A stretch of DNA of 64,000 bases from IMG/VR virus record IMGVR_UViG_3300045988_117149; one strand, written 5' to 3'. Below are positions 39,419 to 48,424 of this stretch, piece by piece. Each line of letters starts with the position of its first letter. Within the stretch, counting starts at the first letter, position 1. The translations under genes and the position numbers were made by a program. The notes under the pieces were generated by a model. It did not search any database. It was given only the letters and a program-made list of their open reading frames with translations, and was not told the DNA's origin. This DNA is from a virus.

Positions 39419-40939
39419 TTACTTGATTTTCTTCTTGTACAGACTGTCGAGTACGCTGCCGGTTGAAGAAGGTTCTTGGTTCTGGGTAGTGTCTTCGGTT
39501 CCAGTCTTACCCTGAGTGTCATCTTCACTTACAGAAGAAGCACGGTTAACGTCCTTAGAACCGCATTTTGCACAAGTGAGAGGGAACTTCTCTTCCAAGC
39601 GAGCTTGGTAATCCTTAGTCAAGGAAATAAGAGTAGTGATGCCAGTAGTTTCTGCATTGAGCATCGTAACGATTGTCTCATCTGCATTTTCACCCATCAA
39701 CTTCTTGTAGGTTCCTACGGCATTCTCACGGAGAGAAGCAATGTGATTTTTACCTACTGTTGCCATTTCTGTCAAGTTTGCAACCTGAGCATTCAGATTA
39801 GTAACCTGTTCCGTAAGAGAATTTTTCTCTGTAGTAAGGTTATCAACAGAAGTTTGCAATTCGTTTCTGGATGATACCAAATTCTGAATCAAGGATACCG
39901 CAGCTTCCTGGGACATCTCTTGACCTTCTCCCAAGGTAAGCATATCCTTACCAAACAGAGATTCGAGAAATTCTTGTAATTCTTTGTTCATATTTTCTTT
40001 ATTATTGGTTTTTGATTTCTCATCACCTTCTTGGTTATCATTAAAAGAACCTTGAGTATCGTCCTTTTCCTGGAAGGATGAAAAGTCTGATTTGTAATCA
40101 GTGAAGAAGTATTGCTTGGATTTATCATCCCGGTATTCTTCGTAGGATGACCAAGTCCTTTTGGCAAATGTAGGATTGATAATTTTACCATCAGAACCAA
40201 TCTTCTGGGCAAATGAATCAGCACCGTGTGATACCAGAGAAGTTTCCATATACCGAACCACTTCGGTAACAATTCTTCGTACCATTTCACCCTTTGAATC
40301 ATAGGTACCGAGTTTTTGATAGAATTCACTCTCTTCCATACTTGGGTGAGATTTATCCCACTTAAATTGTACGGTAACCGAATTACTATGAATTGAAGGA
40401 GGTTCCATAAGGATGCCTCTAGCAATTCTTGGGTTTGCCTTACCATCAATCTTCAGAATACCGTTGATACCTCCAGGGATAGTGAAGCTACCATCCTTAT
40501 AAGCCTCTTGCCACATCACTTGAGATACAGCACCGATTGCATTACCAATGTTAGTTTCATGGTCGCAATTTACTGTTTGCCCAAGTAACATTTTCATAGA
40601 AGCCTTGAGTACTCCATTCTGACCGAAGTCTGTCGGATTCCAGTTCTTAGATACAATCGTTTCTGAGAGTAATCTGAACATCGGTTCGATAAATTCTTCG
40701 TCCTTGGGAGTAAGTTCCGATTTATCCAGGTTAGGATAATAGGTATTATAATCTATATCCCCTCCCCAAAATCCAAATTGAGCAATGGTGTCCGGTGTAG
40801 GATTCTTCCATTTGTAATAATTCTCTGAGAAAGTCTGAGCCCCAACTGCTTCTGGGATATACCCAGCCATGATTGTATGGCCCTGACCTATCGTCATTGA
40901 ATCAAGATGCTCTTTGTTTTTCTTTGTAAATTTACTCAT
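39419..40939 (-). CDS. putative prohead protease / scaffolding protein
   Basis: 506 aa between the portal and decoration genes. The C-terminal third is coiled coil (NELQTSVDNLTTEKNSLTEQVTNLNAQVANL). Confidence 0.4.
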   Translation of the reverse strand: MSKFTKKNKEHLDSMTIGQGHTIMAGYIPEAVGAQTFSENYYKWKNPTPDTIAQFGFWGGDIDYNTYYPNLDKSELTPKDEEFIEPMFRLLSETIVSKNWNPTDFGQNGVLKASMKMLLGQTVNCDHETNIGNAIGAVSQVMWQEAYKDGSFTIPGGINGILKIDGKANPRIARGILMEPPSIHSNSVTVQFKWDKSHPSMEESEFYQKLGTYDSKGEMVRRIVTEVVRYMETSLVSHGADSFAQKIGSDGKIINPTFAKRTWSSYEEYRDDKSKQYFFTDYKSDFSSFQEKDDTQGSFNDNQEGDEKSKTNNKENMNKELQEFLESLFGKDMLTLGEGQEMSQEAAVSLIQNLVSSRNELQTSVDNLTTEKNSLTEQVTNLNAQVANLTEMATVGKNHIASLRENAVGTYKKLMGENADETIVTMLNAETTGITTLISLTKDYQARLEEKFPLTCAKCGSKDVNRASSVSEDDTQGKTGTEDTTQNQEPSSTGSVLDSLYKKKIK

Positions 40940-42423
40940 CTTGGTTTAGTATTTTGGTCCCCTCGAGAAGGAGCCGGGTTATTCTTATCTCTTGACCTAC
41001 GAGCAGATTGGTTTTTATCATTCTGCCTTTGTTTCTTCTTGGTACCTTCTTGTGGGTCACCTCCACCCTTAGAGAATTGGTCCTCAAGTGAAACTCTTGG
41101 TTCATCCTCATCAGGAGAATCGTATCCCATTTCCCAAGCATATTGCTCCTGGCTAATGATACCAGCTTTGTACAACAAATCAAGGTTCTGTATCTTATAC
41201 TGACGACCTTGTTGGATTTTGACTTCATCAGAAACTGTAGAAGTTCCCCAATCAATCTTCATCCCCTTATTATTAAAGCCTGCCAGACGGAGTTCTAGAG
41301 AATAAAGTCTTTCCAATACATAAGCAACAAGCATTTGTATATTTTTTAACTGGCTAATCATCTTAGACAGCATTATGCCCGTTGCACCTTCACCAGTAGT
41401 GGCAGATACCCCAATGATAGAACCGTTAACTCCAAGGCCATTAGCAACTGATTGTTGATTCATATTCCAAGGCTTCTCTATATTACCCATTTCTTTGGTG
41501 GTAGAGTTGAGCTTGAATTCATGGTCATCAATGTAACCAGCTACTACTCCATCTTTCATACTATCCCGAATATTACGTTTAAGTAAATTAAGTTCTCGGT
41601 TCAATCTAGCTTCATAGGCTTGAATACTTTCATTGGGTCTTTGGTTAGATTTTTGCATCTTAGCTTCAACAAAACCAACCATACCACAAAGCTCCATGAT
41701 ATGTTTGAAGTTAATCTTCATATCATTTTGACCTTTTAAAGAATCCAATGCAGGCATGAAAGGTGGAACTCCATAAGGTTCATCGGTATCATTGAACATA
41801 CCAACATAGAAGTAAGTTTCTGGGTTCAGCTTAATGTAATCTTGTTGCTTCATCCAGAAATTATTGTTCTTCTGGTAAGGAGAATACACTCCATTTAGTT
41901 CACGTTTAAACTTGATATATTCTGGCTTAAGGAATAATACTGTTGCCAAACCATCAAGCTTATCATTTGGAACTCCCTCTACTGATATTGCCCCACTTAC
42001 AAGAAGTTGAACAATCATTTTGTTAACCAGACCATCTATACCTGCCGTATACCGAGTCCAACCTTTAGTAGCTTCTTTAAGATGTTCTCTCATCTTAGAG
42101 GCTTCGGCATCGGTATTATTAGGGAAAGTTACAGTATGACCGGTGTTAGCTAACTTAAACATATCCTGCAATGCAATTCCCATATCAGGATTTACCTTGT
42201 ATAAATCTCTGATTAAAGGTATTACATCAACACGAAAAGAGGGTTCAACTATTTTAGTTAACCCTTGTAATGATGTTATTAAGTTATCGCTATCATCGTC
42301 AACTGAGACTCTACCAGGTGAGATAGTAGTAGATGGCTTTGCTTCCTTATTCTGGGAAGAATCATTCTTGGGAGGGTCCTTTTTACGGCCCCAACCCCAA
42401 TTAAAATTGAAGTACTTTTTCAT
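40936..42423 (-). CDS. portal protein
   Basis: 495 aa immediately after TerL, with ATGA overlaps on both sides and a basic C-terminal tail. Confidence 0.7.
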   Translation of the reverse strand: MKKYFNFNWGWGRKKDPPKNDSSQNKEAKPSTTISPGRVSVDDDSDNLITSLQGLTKIVEPSFRVDVIPLIRDLYKVNPDMGIALQDMFKLANTGHTVTFPNNTDAEASKMREHLKEATKGWTRYTAGIDGLVNKMIVQLLVSGAISVEGVPNDKLDGLATVLFLKPEYIKFKRELNGVYSPYQKNNNFWMKQQDYIKLNPETYFYVGMFNDTDEPYGVPPFMPALDSLKGQNDMKINFKHIMELCGMVGFVEAKMQKSNQRPNESIQAYEARLNRELNLLKRNIRDSMKDGVVAGYIDDHEFKLNSTTKEMGNIEKPWNMNQQSVANGLGVNGSIIGVSATTGEGATGIMLSKMISQLKNIQMLVAYVLERLYSLELRLAGFNNKGMKIDWGTSTVSDEVKIQQGRQYKIQNLDLLYKAGIISQEQYAWEMGYDSPDEDEPRVSLEDQFSKGGGDPQEGTKKKQRQNDKNQSARRSRDKNNPAPSRGDQNTKPR

Positions 42424-43922
42424 CTTGGTTGTACGATTACGTTAGTTTTTCCTTTCCTTATGTGATTAGTGATTGCTTTCCCAAAGATGTCATCATCGGA
42501 ATATACATCACCTTCTAAGTCTACATCCACTGCAGAGTTATTTGCTCTGTGTTTACCCATTGCAACAGGTCTACCAATACCATCATATATGAAGGTATAA
42601 GCTTCTTGAACGAAGAATGGGTCTTTGATAATTACATTATCATTTCGGATATCCTCTTCTAGGTTCTCTATTATCACTGAACGATTCTTGGTGGTGGTTA
42701 ACCAACCTGGAGACTTATCCATCTCTGGTCGGCTTTTGCCCTTTTTCTTGAGCATCTTTTGGTAGTAATACAAATTCGGATAACCTTCATCCTGGAGTTT
42801 AGAAGTTACTGCTAAACCAACGTCATTGGATTCTGGAGCTATCAATGCTTGATTAAATAACATCCCAGTATCACCAAGTAACTTAGCATAAGTACCCACT
42901 GCCATTCTTCCCTTGTATATACATTGTTCTTCTCCTTGCTTATCCATGCAGGTAAATGAAGAGTAGTCAGTAGCTCTACCTGTTGAAACGTCTGCACCAA
43001 TGAAATATTCCTTGTCATCCTCTGGTTCACAGAACTGCCTATACTGACCATTGAATCTTCTCTTTATCACTGGGTAATCACTAAGGCAGTCCTCGATAGC
43101 TTTTATGTCAGCTAAGTCGAAGACTGTGTTACCTGATGATAAGAAGTCACCATCAATCTCTTGGGCAGTTCGTTTAGCTCCCAGGGCAGAAGACATCTGG
43201 TTATACCAATTGATATCTCGTTCTGGGTGCATTTGCCAGTATAATCGGATTGGGTTAAATGGGTTTCCTCCAGCGATAGCATCTACCCAAGTTGAGTGAT
43301 AGAAGTTACCTACACCGTAAGGAGTTGAATTGACGATAGCAGCACCACCGGTGGATAGAGTTGGGAATGCGGCTGCCCAAATCTGAGCTGCCCACCGAAC
43401 TACTGCTGCTTCGTCAATTACCAGGAGTGAAAGTGATTCAGAACGACCGGCTTCTGATGAGGTCGGAATCGATTCAATGAAAGAACCATTATCGAATTCT
43501 ATCATTGAAGCAGAACCATATTCTCCAGTTCTACCATTTATGATTGGTGTTTGTAAGTACCATGGCAAGTTCTTGTACATGAATTTTATTTTCTTCAGTA
43601 CCTTCTTTGCTGTGGTGTCCTTAATAGAGATGATGTTAATCTTCTTGTTAGGATGATACATAGCCAACCATAGGCAGTACATTGAAATAAGCTCTGTAAT
43701 ACCAGCCTGACGAAATTTCAGGATGATGTTAAATCTTTCGGCAATGAAATTATACAGAACTGATTTCTGGAATGGGTATAGGTCAAATCTTACCTTTCCC
43801 AATACTGGGTGTATCACATTACAGAAAAGGCTAAAATAGAAAACATCTACTGAAACCCTTGAGAGGTTTGCAAGCTCTTCTCGAGTTAAAGTATTTCGAA
43901 TTTCTGAGATAGTCTTTGCCAT
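42420..43922 (-). CDS. terminase large subunit
   Basis: 500 aa. N-terminal ATPase with LKFRQAGITE (degenerate Walker A region) and LLVIDEAA (Walker B), plus a C-terminal nuclease-sized domain. Followed by the portal gene. Confidence 0.8.
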   Translation of the reverse strand: MAKTISEIRNTLTREELANLSRVSVDVFYFSLFCNVIHPVLGKVRFDLYPFQKSVLYNFIAERFNIILKFRQAGITELISMYCLWLAMYHPNKKINIISIKDTTAKKVLKKIKFMYKNLPWYLQTPIINGRTGEYGSASMIEFDNGSFIESIPTSSEAGRSESLSLLVIDEAAVVRWAAQIWAAAFPTLSTGGAAIVNSTPYGVGNFYHSTWVDAIAGGNPFNPIRLYWQMHPERDINWYNQMSSALGAKRTAQEIDGDFLSSGNTVFDLADIKAIEDCLSDYPVIKRRFNGQYRQFCEPEDDKEYFIGADVSTGRATDYSSFTCMDKQGEEQCIYKGRMAVGTYAKLLGDTGMLFNQALIAPESNDVGLAVTSKLQDEGYPNLYYYQKMLKKKGKSRPEMDKSPGWLTTTKNRSVIIENLEEDIRNDNVIIKDPFFVQEAYTFIYDGIGRPVAMGKHRANNSAVDVDLEGDVYSDDDIFGKAITNHIRKGKTNVIVQPR

Positions 43923-43924
43923 AT

Positions 43925-44536
43925 CTAAAAGTTATACGTTATTTGAAATTCGATGTCAGTACCTATCCCAGATTTTATCTTCGGATAGTAAAATGTATTG
44001 ACCCCGAGTTTGTAATTAAATCTCTTAGTCTTGATTGAAAGACCAGCTCCCATATCGAAGAGATTATTGAAAGGTCTGTATTTGCCATAGACGTATGGAC
44101 TAAGTGATAGCCTTGCAACTTTCTTTCGAGTTAATTGACCCTCATACCAGTTGTAGTTGTACTTATCCAAATCGATATTGAATAGTCTAGTTGAATAAGT
44201 TCCTAATTGTTGATTCAGGAAACTTAAGTTCAACTGATTCTTCTTTAAGACAACTTGAACCAGGGAATCTTGTTTACTGATAACTGGCTGTCTTATGGAA
44301 TCAGGAAAGAGAGTTGACTGCTTCTTGTTATCGTAAACTAAGATTTTACCTGGTTGAGTTTCTTCAGAGTACTTCTTCTCTGGTTTGAAGGGTTTGTCTG
44401 AGTAGACTGTATCTGGGATTTCATTGACCGCTTGATTCAGAGAATAAACTTCTCGAGTCAGTTTGTAATTCCTGAAGCAAAGGTAAATAGTAAATCCTAG
44501 AAGTACAATGAACAAGGCCCATTTTAATTTCTTCAT
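43925..44536 (-). CDS. secreted/anchored beta-rich protein with OMP-like C-terminal signature
   Basis: N-terminal MKKLKWALFIVLLGFTIYLCF. C-terminal alternating-hydrophobic strands ending ...DIEFQITYNF (terminal Phe). Confidence 0.5.
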   Translation of the reverse strand: MKKLKWALFIVLLGFTIYLCFRNYKLTREVYSLNQAVNEIPDTVYSDKPFKPEKKYSEETQPGKILVYDNKKQSTLFPDSIRQPVISKQDSLVQVVLKKNQLNLSFLNQQLGTYSTRLFNIDLDKYNYNWYEGQLTRKKVARLSLSPYVYGKYRPFNNLFDMGAGLSIKTKRFNYKLGVNTFYYPKIKSGIGTDIEFQITYNF

Positions 44537-44583
44537 GGTTCAAAATTTTAGGAAGTTCGCGATTAATAACATACTATCTAATC

Positions 44584-44604
44584 GGTAATCGCTAAGCGAT
44601 TACC
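44584..44604. repeat. perfect 10+1+10 palindrome GGTAATCGCT-A-AGCGATTACC
   Basis: Read directly, 48 nt upstream of the ATG at 44536, at the head of the packaging/head gene block. Confidence 0.8.
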
Positions 44605-44776
44605 TTTATCGAACGTAGTGAGATAATATCCCAATATACTACTACTGATATAGATGATATGATAGCTATATATACGCAGATAAATATATAGATATATATA
44701 CGTAGTATATTATATATCTATATATTTCAAGGCAGTGTTTGGACTTATATAGAATACTTTCTATATAAAGCTAAAA

Positions 44777-45826
44777 CTAGTGATTCCGTTTAAGGCATTT
44801 CTTAAACCAAATCCCCACCTCATAAACCGAACCCTTGGCAATTGTGTACCTTGCCTTGTTTAACCAATAATGGTGATTTTTAAAATCCCCTTCATAGGTA
44901 TCACCTCTGGTAGTTTTGTAGAGGTAAATTTTAAATTTCTCTGGGAATCCCATGATTGCCTTGAAATCCTCAACTCCCAATGGGTACCCATCTGGTCTAA
45001 ATTGCCTATCTGCAGGTCTCAAGGTTAATGGAGGTTTATCATCTTCCAATCGATATACTCCCGGGAGAGTACTCATCTTAGTTGTCTTGATAGGCCACTT
45101 CTTTTCCTTGTTGAAGTCTCTAACCCAGAGTCTATGTATCTTTGCTACTGTAAGATTCTTTTTCTCTGGTAGCTTTCGATAGTCATACATTGCCAGGGTT
45201 TTTGCCATAAATGGAATTTGGTTAGTATCAATTTCAGAGCTAAACGTTAGCGGCTTAAGCAACTCTCTAGTTGTCTTTAGTTCATTAACTTTAAATACTT
45301 CATCAAAAGCATTTAAGTATTTCTTACCGGTCTTCTTATGAACTCCAATGATGAGTAATCTCTTCCTTGACACTTGAGAGTTCCCATAGTCAGAAACTGA
45401 CCTTTCATGAAAAACTAATTTATAGTCTTTCAGTGTTTCCTCAAAGAAATCCTTGGGTAGCAAGGATAGTAGTCTTGGTAGATTTTCTATAAGAAATACC
45501 TTAGGTTTATACTCTAATATTGCAGCAATTACTAGATTAAGACTACGATTATCCTGGGGATTGCCCAACTCCTTTACTTTTGATAACCTCATAACTGAGG
45601 ATGCACCACAGTCTGGGGATGAAATTATGATATCTACTTTCTCATCAAATTCTTGTAAACAGAAACCCTTGTAGAATGGTATATCCCCAAAGTTGAGTTT
45701 CCATTGTTCTTCGCCCGGTGTATGGAATACTCCTCTAATCTCTATATTCCCTAACAAATTTTTCTTAAAAGGGAACAGGAGTGCACCCTGTCCAGCGCAC
45801 ACTCCCAATACCTTTAGATTCTTCAT
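44777..45826 (-). CDS. DNA (cytosine-5)-methyltransferase
   Basis: Motif I VCAGQGA, motif IV SPDCG, motif VI IENLPRLL, motif VIII QVSRKRLLIIGV. Confidence 0.8.
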   Translation of the reverse strand: MKNLKVLGVCAGQGALLFPFKKNLLGNIEIRGVFHTPGEEQWKLNFGDIPFYKGFCLQEFDEKVDIIISSPDCGASSVMRLSKVKELGNPQDNRSLNLVIAAILEYKPKVFLIENLPRLLSLLPKDFFEETLKDYKLVFHERSVSDYGNSQVSRKRLLIIGVHKKTGKKYLNAFDEVFKVNELKTTRELLKPLTFSSEIDTNQIPFMAKTLAMYDYRKLPEKKNLTVAKIHRLWVRDFNKEKKWPIKTTKMSTLPGVYRLEDDKPPLTLRPADRQFRPDGYPLGVEDFKAIMGFPEKFKIYLYKTTRGDTYEGDFKNHHYWLNKARYTIAKGSVYEVGIWFKKCLKRNH

Positions 45827-46263
45827 TTCTTATAACTTCTCAATTTTACGTACTTAAGCCATGCAAATGGTTTACGATTCTCCAAGTAGTATGGGTCTTT
45901 ATCATTATTGTGAGCTTCCTCTTCGAAACTTACATCATGATACCTCTCATTCTGTTTGTTCCAACCGGCAAAGCACATGATAATAAGATATTCGATTCCA
46001 TACCAAATGTAAAAGAATCCCAAACCAAGGATAGGAATCCACCAGAAGGATAGACCCAATGAGCAGAGAATGATTCCTAGAATCAGACCCACAATTGTAC
46101 ACTCAATCTGTTGTACTTGGTGAGTACGTTCGTGATCAATATCCTCTTGCAATAAATCCTCTTCTTTATCCTTGAAGAAGGAGTTATAGAGGAAGGTAAT
46201 TGCCTTGTAACTGGGGAAAAGGAATACTTTTGCTACCCAGCTGTTAAAATGACATCTTTTCAT
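45823..46263 (-). CDS. membrane protein with HExxH motif (holin or mini-metalloprotease candidate)
   Basis: DHERTHQ followed by two hydrophobic helices (IVGLILGIILCSLGLSFWWIPILGLGFFYIWY). ATGA overlaps with both neighbours. Confidence 0.5.
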   Translation of the reverse strand: MKRCHFNSWVAKVFLFPSYKAITFLYNSFFKDKEEDLLQEDIDHERTHQVQQIECTIVGLILGIILCSLGLSFWWIPILGLGFFYIWYGIEYLIIMCFAGWNKQNERYHDVSFEEEAHNNDKDPYYLENRKPFAWLKYVKLRSYKK

Positions 46264-46856
46264 ATCTTATCTTTGAAGTTTTCGTAAGAATTTCTTAGCT
46301 TTTGGTCGTAAGCATTTTGTGCATATCCAGGACCATTGTACTTTCTTGCAAAGCCTGCCCAGTCCTTTTCCTTGAGATTCTTCAAACAACCAGAGGTATT
46401 CATGAAGTAGTACATCAATTCTAGTTGTTTTTCGTGAGATTCTGACATCTTATGAACGAATTCATAGACATCTTTACAGCTACAAAGATTGTGATTGAAG
46501 CCCATGATCTGGAACATTCCCCAACTTGCAGACTTTAAAGCACATTCTTCGTCAATTTCTTTGGCTAATTCGAGTCTTTTGTACTCATGAACACCTCCGA
46601 GATACTTCGATTTATCCCATTTAGGGAAAAATACTGTAGGATACTTCTTGCAAAGATAACCTAAATCTCTGTCAGGGAACTTTTTATGAAATTCCTTGTA
46701 CATGATGTGACCTTCGAAGAGGATTTGAGGTCTACCGTCAGCCAAAAATCCATCTCTACCAGCTGCTTCTACTACTTGAACAGCTTTGAGTAGAGCTGGT
46801 TCTAGACCCAAGCGATTAGCAAGGTCTCTAATCATCTCATTTGTTAATTTATCCAT
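46260..46856 (-). CDS. endolysin, N-acetylmuramidase family (DUF3380/PF11860-like)
   Basis: SWGMFQIMGFNH and FARKYNGPGYAQNAYDQKL motifs. Confidence 0.75.
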   Translation of the reverse strand: MDKLTNEMIRDLANRLGLEPALLKAVQVVEAAGRDGFLADGRPQILFEGHIMYKEFHKKFPDRDLGYLCKKYPTVFFPKWDKSKYLGGVHEYKRLELAKEIDEECALKSASWGMFQIMGFNHNLCSCKDVYEFVHKMSESHEKQLELMYYFMNTSGCLKNLKEKDWAGFARKYNGPGYAQNAYDQKLRNSYENFKDKI

Positions 46857-46967
46857 AACTTATCAGTTTTAATGGTTCAATTTTAGTAACGAAAGTATTG
46901 CTTATAACCCATTTTCGGGATGTTAGTTGGTTCTATTATCCTATATAATTCTAAAATATAATGCAAT

Positions 46968-47492
46968 ATGGAGAAGATTAAGAATGAAAATCGGTGCAAA
47001 CTATGTAAAGAACCAATCAACCTGGATGATTTTGAATCCTCATTTGAGATACCCCAGTTGATGGCAAAGAAACACGTTTGCTTTAGTTGTGGTTTTTGGA
47101 TAAAGAGGAAAGAATATGATGAGAAATTATGGAAAGAGTACTTCAATAGTGGTACTACCAACAGCTCAAGAATCCCGGTAGTTACTCCTAATTGGGAACA
47201 TTGGATAGTAAAACCCTTTCAAAATCTACTAATTGAAACGGGTACTTTCTCAAGAGTAAAATTGGAAGCTACTCGTTATTATATGGCCGTAATAACCGAT
47301 GCTTACCCCAACAAAGTTTGGTTTATTGATAACAATAACATGTCTCACCAGGGCACTATTCCAGAGCATCTAAGACATTTATATACTCCAAATGGTATAT
47401 ACCTTTCTCCCATGGAATGGAAACTCTTCCAGGACCGCAAAACAGTTACCTCGGATGAGATAAAAAATATGATTAATAATGCAATAATATAA
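46968..47492 (+). CDS. zinc-ribbon protein, function unknown
   Basis: CKLC...CFSC pairs near the N-terminus; first gene of the + strand cassette. Confidence 0.55.
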   Translation: MEKIKNENRCKLCKEPINLDDFESSFEIPQLMAKKHVCFSCGFWIKRKEYDEKLWKEYFNSGTTNSSRIPVVTPNWEHWIVKPFQNLLIETGTFSRVKLEATRYYMAVITDAYPNKVWFIDNNNMSHQGTIPEHLRHLYTPNGIYLSPMEWKLFQDRKTVTSDEIKNMINNAII

Positions 47493-47503
47493 AATAAATT
47501 TCG

Positions 47504-47511
47504 TATATTTG
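47504..47511 (+). promoter_or_regulatory. Bacteroidota-type -7 promoter box TATATTTG
   Basis: TCGTATATTTGCATAAAGAAT lies 28 nt upstream of the ATG at 47539. Confidence 0.6.
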
Positions 47512-47538
47512 CATAAAGAATTAATTAACTAATTAGAT

Positions 47539-47940
47539 ATGAAAAAAGAAAAGAAAGAAATCAAAAAGCTCCGTGAAGGTGATGAACTACTCTTCCAACT
47601 TGGAGAAAGACAAATCGTAGAGAAGGTGAAAGTAGAATCCATTGATAAGAAAGGTGGGTTTGCAATCTTAAGCAATCGAGTAAAAGTTGCTAGAAGTTTG
47701 GGTCCTGATGATATCTATGCAAGGTTGGATGGGAAAGATGGAAAGGTATTACCTCTTACCGAGGAAAACGAGAAATACTTTCAGGCATTCAAGGCATATT
47801 TCTCAATTAAGAGAAATTCCGAGATACTGGATAAGGGTCTCAGAAATATGAGTAAGGAAGAACAAGTAGAAGTACTTATCGAATTCGATAAGAAGTTTAC
47901 CAAGATTGTTAACAAATACTTCAACAAAGAGGAACAATGA
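47539..47940 (+). CDS. hypothetical protein
   Basis: 133-aa ORF behind its own promoter; ATGA overlap with the next gene. Confidence 0.55.
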   Translation: MKKEKKEIKKLREGDELLFQLGERQIVEKVKVESIDKKGGFAILSNRVKVARSLGPDDIYARLDGKDGKVLPLTEENEKYFQAFKAYFSIKRNSEILDKGLRNMSKEEQVEVLIEFDKKFTKIVNKYFNKEEQ

Positions 47941-48128
47941 CTACAGTAATATTGACAATTTACCTGGTATGCTTACCGTTCACAGTATTCTTTGTAAAAG
48001 CAACATTAGAATACTTGCCTCAATCACATAAGGTGCATTCACTGGTATTATTCTTATCGGTCTGGTTTTTGCTACCTTTATTTCCGATTTACCTATTATT
48101 GAAATTCATAAAACATAAACTGGTATGA
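47937..48128 (+). CDS. small two-helix membrane protein
   Basis: 63 aa, almost entirely hydrophobic; ATGA overlaps on both sides. Confidence 0.5.
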   Translation: MTTVILTIYLVCLPFTVFFVKATLEYLPQSHKVHSLVLFLSVWFLLPLFPIYLLLKFIKHKLV

Positions 48129-48424
48129 GATACTTTTTTGATAGAGATGGTAATTATGCTGGGTCATCAATGCAAGGGTGGGAGGTAATACTCCTACTCT
48201 GCCTCCCAGTTCTTATTGTATTATTCTTTGTATTCCTTCCCTTAATTATATTGCATAAATATGCCTCTAGAGAAGAAGATAAGAAATTCGAAGAAGAACA
48301 TCCGCAAATATTAAAAGTAGATTCTTATATTACCGGCTGGTACCCTTGGCATAGATATTCCCTTGCATATACCATCTCCCTTGTATGTTGGGTAATTGCA
48401 ATGCTAATGGCTTTGACTAATTAA
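48125..48424 (+). CDS. small membrane protein (two helices)
   Basis: WEVILLLCLPVLIVLFFVFLPLIIL and SLVCWVIAMLMAL. Its stop overlaps the convergent stop of ORF 48417-49175. Confidence 0.5.
   Translation: MRYFFDRDGNYAGSSMQGWEVILLLCLPVLIVLFFVFLPLIILHKYASREEDKKFEEEHPQILKVDSYITGWYPWHRYSLAYTISLVCWVIAMLMALTN

Noticed and set aside
46883-47161. 92-aa - strand ORF overlapping the start of the + strand zinc-ribbon gene
   Set aside because: The product is low-complexity, has no coupling to the endolysin gene, and competes with a longer + strand ORF that has CxxC pairs and heads a coherent + strand cassette.
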